Under the pieces are notes generated by a model. The model was not told where the DNA came from. It saw only the letters and a program-made list of their open reading frames with translations, and ran no database searches. Shown piece after piece: positions 59,042 to 64,000 of a stretch of 64,000 nt of DNA. The stretch's first letter is position 1; every line of letters begins with the position of its first letter. The DNA lies in NCBI GenBank assembly GCA_964611465.1, contig CAZTAA010000012.1:4765-68764 (forward strand), in the 5' to 3' direction. Made by a program: the position numbers and the translations under genes. This DNA is from an uncultured Mycobacterium sp. (GTDB lineage: Bacteria; Actinomycetota; Actinomycetes; Mycobacteriales; Mycobacteriaceae).

Positions 59042-60276
59042 GCCTCCGCCCCGCTGGCCGCCAGCTGCGGCGGGTTGACCGCGTCGGGATCGGGGTTGGC
59101 GATCGGCAGGCCCATGAAGCGGCGGGCGTTGTCGCCCATGAAGTCGTAGGTGCGCCGGACATCCATGCCCTCGGCGTAGCGCCAGAAGCCCTTGGGTTCG
59201 GCCAAGCCCTCCGGGTGCGGGTAGTCCGAGCCGAACATCACCTTGTCCCAGCCGACGGTGTTGACCACGTCGGACACACAGCCCTCCCAGAACGGGCTGA
59301 CCCAGATGTTTCGGCGAAACACCTCGTGTGGATGTTCGGGGAAGTTCTGCGGCATCTTCTTCTGCAGGTCCTCGAAGTCGTTGAACAACGGGAAGATCCA
59401 GCCGCTGCCGTTCTCGACGCTGGCGATGCGCAGCTTCGGGAAGCGGGTCAGGGTGCCGTGGCAGATCAGGCTGGTGATCATGTCGGCGATCTCGCGGTGG
59501 CCCAGCACCATCCAGCGGAAGGCGCTCATCGCCATGAAGTTCTGGGTGTGCGGAGGTTCCCATTTGTTGACGTAGGAATCCAGCGGCGGGTAGCTGGCGT
59601 GCAGCACGATGGGGAAGCCGGCGGCTTCGACGTCACCCCAGAACGGGTCGAACTCGGGGAGGGCGGGGGAGCGCCAACCGCGCAGCCCGTTGACCGGGCC
59701 CGGTTTGATGAGTGCGACCTTGGCGCCCTGTGCCAGAACGTATTCCAGCTCGCGCCGCGCGGCATCCACCTCGGAGAGGTTGATGATGGGTGTGGAGTAC
59801 ACCCGGTTCTGGTAGTTGAAATTCCAGTGTTCGGCCATCCACTGGTTGAGCGCGTGGATGATGGCGAGCGTCAGTTCGGGGTCGTCGGCGGTGGCGTGTT
59901 CGACCAGGCTGGCCAGCGTCGGGTAGTTGATCGCCTCGACAACTCCTTGGCGGTCAAGCTCTTTGACGCGATCCTCGGGGGTGCGGGTGGCCGCGGGAGC
60001 CTCGATGGGCTTGCCCTGCATCTCGCGCAGCGTCTGGCCCTCGGTGTTCTCCCCGGCGAAGAACTTCTCGTGCGCCCCGGGAGCCGCGACCCGTTCGAAG
60101 GTCGGGTTGGGGATGAAGTCGCTGACCCGGCCGTTGATGACGATGCGGGTCTGTCGGCCGAACTGGCCGAACTGCACGGCCTGTGCGTACTTCTCCGGCA
60201 GGTATTTCGTCAGCGCGTCGGCTGTCTCGTACATGTGCTGGTCGGTGTCGAAGATCGGCGCATCGGTGAACTGCAT
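59038..60276 (-). CDS. Amidohydrolase_2 family protein
   Basis: FDTDQHMYE, VLH, VENG, FGSDYPH. Confidence 0.88.
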   Translation of the reverse strand: MQFTDAPIFDTDQHMYETADALTKYLPEKYAQAVQFGQFGRQTRIVINGRVSDFIPNPTFERVAAPGAHEKFFAGENTEGQTLREMQGKPIEAPAATRTPEDRVKELDRQGVVEAINYPTLASLVEHATADDPELTLAIIHALNQWMAEHWNFNYQNRVYSTPIINLSEVDAARRELEYVLAQGAKVALIKPGPVNGLRGWRSPALPEFDPFWGDVEAAGFPIVLHASYPPLDSYVNKWEPPHTQNFMAMSAFRWMVLGHREIADMITSLICHGTLTRFPKLRIASVENGSGWIFPLFNDFEDLQKKMPQNFPEHPHEVFRRNIWVSPFWEGCVSDVVNTVGWDKVMFGSDYPHPEGLAEPKGFWRYAEGMDVRRTYDFMGDNARRFMGLPIANPDPDAVNPPQLAASGAEA

Positions 60277-60329
60277 GGTTACCTCTCTCGCGGGCAGCCA
60301 CCGAGTTCGGTGTCTAGCCGCCATCGGAC

Positions 60330-61484
60330 CTAGGTGGTCAGTACGGTCGCGGCGGCCGTCCCGGGCGCGCCGTAAAGCTGGGTGAAACCGACCTTGGGGT
60401 TGCCCGGCACCTGTCGGTCGCCGGCCTGGCCGCGCAGTTGGCGGACGATCTCGTGGATCTGCCGCAGACCCGACGCGCCGATCGGCTCTCCGTTGGCGAT
60501 CAGCCCGCCGTCGGTGTTGACCGGCATCGCGCCACCGATCTCGGTGGCGCCGTCGGCCAGCAGCTTCTCCTGGTCGCCGTCGGCGCAGAAGCCGCACTCG
60601 GCCATGTGGATGATCTCCGCGCCGGCGTCGGTGTCCTGCAGCTGGATCACGTCGACGTCTTCCGGTGCGACACCGGCCTTTTCGAACGCGGCGCGGGCGG
60701 CGTACACGGTGGGCGCGACGTCCTCCTCGACCGGCGCGAACGTGGTGTTGACCTCGTAGGCGCCATAGGTGCGGGTGCGCACCTCGACGGCCTTGAGGTA
60801 GACGGGCTTGTCGGTGTACCGGTGGGCGATGTCGGCCCGGCACATGACCACCGCCGCGGCTCCCTCGTCGGGCGCGCAGAACATGTACTGCGTCAACGGG
60901 TAGTTCAACATCGTCGAGTTGAGGATCTCCTCGACACTTATCTCCTTGCGGCGGAACGCATTCGGGTTCAGCACACCGTTGCGGAAGTTCTTGTTGGCCA
61001 CCCGGGCCAGCGTCTCCTGGGAGATGCCGTGGTCGTGGATGTACCTGTTGGCCTTCATGCCGAAGAACTGCGTCGTCAGGTACTGGCCGTTCTCGGCGTA
61101 CCAGCGTGGCATCCCGACCAGCGCCGGGTCCTCGGTGAACGCCCCCTTGGGATGCTTGTCGAGACCGACGGCGAGGCCGATGTCGTAGTCGCCGAGGCGG
61201 ATGCCGTCGGCGCAGGCCTTGGCGGCGCTGGCCGCCGTCGCGCAGGCGTTGAACACATTGGTGAACGGGATGCCGGTCAATCCGGTCATCCCGACGATGG
61301 CGTCGGGGTTGGCGACGGTCCAGCTGCCTCCGGTGGCGGCCTGGATGTCGCGGTATTCGATTCCGGCGTCGGCCACGGCGGCGAAGATCGCGTCGACGCC
61401 CATCTGCATCGCGGACTTGCCCTCGAACCGGCCGAACGGATGCAGGCCGACCCCGATGATGGCCACCTCGTTGACTGCGCTCAC
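60330..61484 (-). CDS. SCP2/Ltp-type thiolase-fold protein with non-canonical active-site residues
   Basis: VFNACATA, LQDTD, NTDGGL..GEPIGASG. Confidence 0.85.
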   Translation of the reverse strand: MSAVNEVAIIGVGLHPFGRFEGKSAMQMGVDAIFAAVADAGIEYRDIQAATGGSWTVANPDAIVGMTGLTGIPFTNVFNACATAASAAKACADGIRLGDYDIGLAVGLDKHPKGAFTEDPALVGMPRWYAENGQYLTTQFFGMKANRYIHDHGISQETLARVANKNFRNGVLNPNAFRRKEISVEEILNSTMLNYPLTQYMFCAPDEGAAAVVMCRADIAHRYTDKPVYLKAVEVRTRTYGAYEVNTTFAPVEEDVAPTVYAARAAFEKAGVAPEDVDVIQLQDTDAGAEIIHMAECGFCADGDQEKLLADGATEIGGAMPVNTDGGLIANGEPIGASGLRQIHEIVRQLRGQAGDRQVPGNPKVGFTQLYGAPGTAAATVLTT

Positions 61485-61509
61485 GGCATCCCCTTCCGAT
61501 TCGGCCGCC

Positions 61510-61530
61510 CAACCGTAACACTTACAGTAG
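61510..61530. promoter_or_regulatory. Palindromic operator ACCGTAA-CAC-TTACAGT between the divergent thiolase and Mo-enzyme genes
   Basis: Matches the 63813-63832 site in reverse orientation. Confidence 0.65.
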
Positions 61531-61573
61531 CCTATGTGGTGGCGGCTGACGACTGGCGGGAAGGCTGGGCATC

Positions 61574-63784
61574 GTGACGGTTTCCGAGGCGGGAAACACC
61601 GAGCACAAGGTCACGTTCTGCCGGATCTGCGAGCCGCTGTGCGGGATGATCGCCACGGTCGAGGACGGCCGGCTCACGGCGCTGCGGCCCGACAAGGACC
61701 ACCCGCTGTCCGCGGGCTTCGCCTGCCCCAAGGGCATCGCGTTCACCGAGGTGGTCAACGACCCGGACCGCGTCACGGTGCCGCTGCGCCGCGGGCCGGA
61801 CGGGTTCGAACCGGTCAGCTGGGATGCGGCGCTCGACGACATCGCCGGCCGGTTGTCGGGCATCCTGCGCCGGCACGGATCCGGCGCTGTCGGGTGGTAC
61901 TTCGGCAACCCGACCGCCTTCAGCTATTCCCACCTGATGGCGGTGTTCCCCTTCATCAAGGGCCTGGGCCGGCACTCCCACCTGTTCACCGCGTCCTCGC
62001 AGGACACCAGCAACCGGATGCTGGCCAGCCAGTTCCTTTACGGCGCTCCCACGGCGGTGCCCATCCCCGATGTGATGCGCACCGATTTCCTGCTCATGCT
62101 CGGCTCCAATCCCGTTGTCTCGCATGGGAGTTTCCTGACGACCCCGCGGATCAAGGACCGCATGCACGACATCGTCAACCGCGGCGGGCGGGTGGTGATC
62201 GTCGACCCGCGCCGGACCGAGACCGCCGCGCAATTCGAATGGCAGCCCATCGCCCCCGACGGCGACGCCTTCCTGCTGCTCTCACTGCTGCAGGTGATGT
62301 TCGCCGAGGGCCTGGTCGACGCCGACCAGGTGGCACGGCAGGCCGACGGTCTGGACTGGCTGCGTGCCCAGTGCGCCCCGTTCACCCCGGAAGCCACCGC
62401 CGAACGCACCGGCATCGATTCCATGACGGTCCGGCAACTGGCCCGGGACCTGGCGGCCTCGCCCCGTGCGGCGGTGTACGGCCGGTTCGGCACCTGTGTG
62501 GGCCGTAACCCCACCCTGACCGCGTACCTGATCGACGTCGTCAATCTCGTTGCCGGACAACTGGACAAGCCCGGCGGCAGCGTGTTCGCCACCACCGGCG
62601 CGCCGGGGCAGCGGTTCGCCACGATGGCACTCGGAGCGGGGCTGCGGCGGGCCTACCGGCGCAAGCGCTCCCGCATCGGCGGGTTCCCATCGGTCCTCGG
62701 GGCCGAACCCGCGGCCATGCTGGCCAAGGAGATCGCCACGCCGGGGACCAACCAGATCCGGGCGCTGTTCGTCAGCGCGGGCAACCCGGCGCTGTCGGTG
62801 CCCAACGGCTTGGAACTCGAAGCCGCACTGCCCGGACTCGACCTGATGGTGGGCCTGGACCTCTACGTCAACGAGACCACTGCGCACTGCGACTACGTGT
62901 TGCCGGTGACCACGATGTACGAGCGCGACGACTTCCCGGTCACCTTCCAGACTTTCCAGAGCACGCCGTTCCGTCAGGCCACCGAGGCGGTGGTAGCGCC
63001 CCGCGGACAGGCGCGCACCGAATGGGACATCGTCGCCGACCTGATGGCGCGGATGTCGCGCCGCCCACCGGTGCTGGCCGCGCTGGTCGGGCTGCGCAGT
63101 CTGGTCGAACGAACCGGCCGGCAGTGGCGGCCCCGGCTCATCGCCGACGTGATGATCCGCACGTCGCAGGGCGGCGACCTGTTCGGGCTGCGGCGAGGTG
63201 GCCTGAACTTCCGGCGGCTGGTCGGCGAACACCCGCACGGCGTCGTCGTCGACGACCACATCGCCACCGGGGTGCTCGGCGACGTCGTGGTGTACCGACG
63301 TGGCCGGATGAAACTGGCGCACAACGACATCGGTGCCGAGATCGCGGCGATCAGCCGGCGCGAGACTCCCGACGAATTCCCGATGCGGCTGATCGGTATG
63401 CGCCAGCCCCGGTCGGAGAACTCCTGGATGCACAACTCGCCGATGTTGATGGGGCCGGTGCTCAAACGCGGCGACCGCGCGCACGGCGCCCTGATGAACG
63501 CCGACGACGCCGCCGCTCTGGCCATCGCCGACGGCGACACCGTGTGCATCCGGTCGGCGACCGGGGCGATCGAGGTGCCCGTCACGCTGACCGCGGACAT
63601 CGTCCGGGGTGCCATCGCGGTGCCGCACGGCTGGGGGCACTCCGGCTCCGGCGGCTGGAAGCTGGCCAACCGCGGCGGCGGGGTGAACGTGAACACGCTG
63701 ATGTCGACCGCGCCCGCCGACGTGGAGTCGCTGGCCGGGATGTCGTGGCTCACCGGGGTGCCGGTGCGGGTGCAGTCGGCCTGA
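61574..63784 (+). CDS. Molybdopterin oxidoreductase, copy 2
   Basis: CRICEPLC...CPKG; collinear with copy 1 over its full length. Confidence 0.9.
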   Translation: MTVSEAGNTEHKVTFCRICEPLCGMIATVEDGRLTALRPDKDHPLSAGFACPKGIAFTEVVNDPDRVTVPLRRGPDGFEPVSWDAALDDIAGRLSGILRRHGSGAVGWYFGNPTAFSYSHLMAVFPFIKGLGRHSHLFTASSQDTSNRMLASQFLYGAPTAVPIPDVMRTDFLLMLGSNPVVSHGSFLTTPRIKDRMHDIVNRGGRVVIVDPRRTETAAQFEWQPIAPDGDAFLLLSLLQVMFAEGLVDADQVARQADGLDWLRAQCAPFTPEATAERTGIDSMTVRQLARDLAASPRAAVYGRFGTCVGRNPTLTAYLIDVVNLVAGQLDKPGGSVFATTGAPGQRFATMALGAGLRRAYRRKRSRIGGFPSVLGAEPAAMLAKEIATPGTNQIRALFVSAGNPALSVPNGLELEAALPGLDLMVGLDLYVNETTAHCDYVLPVTTMYERDDFPVTFQTFQSTPFRQATEAVVAPRGQARTEWDIVADLMARMSRRPPVLAALVGLRSLVERTGRQWRPRLIADVMIRTSQGGDLFGLRRGGLNFRRLVGEHPHGVVVDDHIATGVLGDVVVYRRGRMKLAHNDIGAEIAAISRRETPDEFPMRLIGMRQPRSENSWMHNSPMLMGPVLKRGDRAHGALMNADDAAALAIADGDTVCIRSATGAIEVPVTLTADIVRGAIAVPHGWGHSGSGGWKLANRGGGVNVNTLMSTAPADVESLAGMSWLTGVPVRVQSA

Positions 63785-63812
63785 GACGCTGGCGCCGAAG
63801 CGGTCGAGTGTA

Positions 63813-63832
63813 CTACTGTAACCATTACAGTT
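63813..63832. promoter_or_regulatory. Palindromic operator ACTGTAA-CCA-TTACAGT upstream of the P450
   Basis: Perfect 7-bp arms at 63815-63821 and 63825-63831. Confidence 0.7.
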
Positions 63833-63866
63833 AGGGGACCGACGAAAAGGTGTCAGGAGTGAACTC

Positions 63867-64000
63867 ATGACCACGGCAACGGTGGTGTTCGACCCCTTCT
63901 CGGAGGATTTCTTCACCAATCCGTACGACACCTACCGTCGGATGCGCGCGGAGGCGCCGGTCTACTACAGCGAGGAGTACGACTTCTACGCGCTGACCCG
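63867..64000 (+). CDS. Cytochrome P450, N-terminal fragment (runs off the right edge)
   Basis: AGGAG SD; MTTATVVFDPFSEDFFTNPYDTYRRMRAEAPVYY...ALTR is a typical actinobacterial P450 N-terminus. Confidence 0.75.
   Translation, partial: MTTATVVFDPFSEDFFTNPYDTYRRMRAEAPVYYSEEYDFYALT

Noticed and set aside
59038-61521. 827-aa ORF suggesting a fusion upstream of the amidohydrolase
   Set aside because: The N-terminal 415 aa is an Arg/Gly-rich off-frame reading of the thiolase gene; the amidohydrolase has its own ATG at 60276 with an upstream GAGG

Overview
High-GC actinobacterial DNA, almost certainly Mycobacterium/Mycolicibacterium. Bases 1-9390 are the conserved cyp51 locus, syntenic with M. tuberculosis Rv0761c-Rv0771: adhB, NTF2-like protein, ferredoxin, cyp51, SDR, cyp123, TetR, aldA, SDR, 3-hydroxyisobutyrate-DH family, CMD family. 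purD lies at 12090-13358. Between the two is a 2.7-kb accessory block holding a translationally coupled membrane protein plus 52-aa peptide, an SDR, a single-ORF HTH/unknown-domain/nucleotidyltransferase gene and a DapB-like 3' scar. Everything after purD (~50 kb) is a dense lipid/aromatic catabolic region: SDRs, 5 acyl-CoA ligases, 6 crotonase-fold proteins, 5 acyl-CoA dehydrogenases, 2 thiolases, 2 CoA-transferases, 3 amidohydrolases, FMO, LLM, VOC/FAH, 2 paralogous molybdopterin oxidoreductases, a partial P450 and several TetR/GntR regulators. It also contains several gene scars and readable operator palindromes. No rRNA, tRNA, CRISPR array, transposase or integrase was seen. All product calls come from motif recognition and recalled family knowledge; no database search was run. 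Start codons were chosen by eye.
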